Program-made: the position numbers and the translations under genes
The notes under the pieces: model-generated
What the model saw: the letters and a program-made list of their open reading frames with translations, nothing else
Database searches by the model: none
Told to the model about the DNA's origin: nothing
In this document: one piece after another, positions 63,140-64,000 of the stretch
Layout of the letters: every line of letters starts with the position of its first letter
Numbering within the stretch: position 1 is the stretch's first letter
Source: Chrysomallon squamiferum
Taxonomy: Eukaryota > Animalia > Mollusca
Direction of reading: 5' to 3'
Length of the DNA: 64,000 nt
NCBI GenBank assembly: GCA_012295275.1
Contig: CM022671.1
Location: 27,156,001-27,220,000, forward strand

Positions 63140-64000
63140 CATTTTTAAATTTTTAATTTAAAAATGATGTTTTAACTCCTGCTGAACAGTCTAACAACAG
63201 AGAATGATGAAAATTCACAAATTCAAATTACTGTAAACATTTAAATCTTTATTTCTGTCATTTAGGTGATAACAATCTAACGTTTTTCTTTCTTTTTTTA
63301 AACTAAAATTGTTTTTAAAATATTATGTAAATGTTTATTAAATGTTCTCCTATAAATAAACACTGTATTTTCTGTACATTAGTACATCATAAGTTAACAC
63401 AAAAGCTTCAGAACAAGTTGCAGAAGAACACAATCCTTTACTGGGCATTGATCCTGAATCCCATTATACATCAGTCAATAAAGGTTGTAAATCATCCTAA
63501 CCACACACAGTTTAACAACAAAAGTGAACTGAAAGAGCAGAATGTCACAGATAATACAAACAAAAATAAAAATGGACAGAAACATTTAACAAAATTTCAT
63601 TGCTCAGTAAAGTCAGACAGTGTAAATGATGGTGACTGAATGTCAAGCTGAGGTGATAACACTGCATTTCCTGTCTCTTCTGTAATATTGATTTTAACAC
63701 AGCACAATGCAGGCAGCCACAAAAATGTTTTATGACCGCATCATAGGAAGTGATTAAAACAATGAAAGCCATCATAACAGTGATGATGTTCAATAAACTT
63801 GAACTGACTGTCATGAAATTTAAACTGAAGTAGTTTTTTTTTTATTTTTTTTTAAAAAGAAAGAAAAGAAGAATCCAGAAAATGAGTTAACGTGAAGAAC
63901 ACAAAAGAGTTACCTAAGAACATACTTCAGGTGAAGATTAAAGGAAGAAAAATATCTGTTGTTGAAAAAGAGATCATCAAAATTATTGTGTATAACAGCA

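Noticed and set aside
55088-64000. Short ORFs in the track (for example 56726-57027, 61893-62252, 63331-63814) as genes or the missing TTC28 5' exons
   Set aside because: They are low-complexity or microsatellite-derived with no TPR-like sequence; the region is best read as a long TTC28 intron.

Overview
AT-rich, intron-rich animal genomic DNA (probably an invertebrate such as a mollusc; this is inferred, not proven). I spliced three genes by hand. (1) TBC1D10-family Rab-GAP on the minus strand: 9 exons, 381 aa, intact. (2) Ataxin-2 on the plus strand, head-to-head with it: 20 coding exons, LSm-LsmAD-PAM2-Q/P/H-rich tail, about 869 aa. (3) The last 14 exons of TTC28 (TPR array plus CHAT domain) on the minus strand, converging on ATXN2. 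A nested tandem duplication (units of about 8.4 kb and 3.6 kb) copied the TBC1D10/ATXN2 shared promoter region. The result is three promoter copies, two frameshifted and truncated TBC1D10 copies, and a truncated but open 133-aa LSm-only ATXN2 copy. That copy is fused exon-to-exon, in antisense, to a TBC1D10 copy. The only long ATXN2 copy has a +1 frame break at CTT-TGA between its LSm and LsmAD domains, which is either an assembly indel, a real lesion or a recoding site. In TTC28, a 56-bp minisatellite is a 20-fold amplification of a 3' splice site, and most upstream copies lead directly into a stop codon before the CHAT domain. I recognised no rRNA, tRNA, CRISPR array or autonomous transposon.
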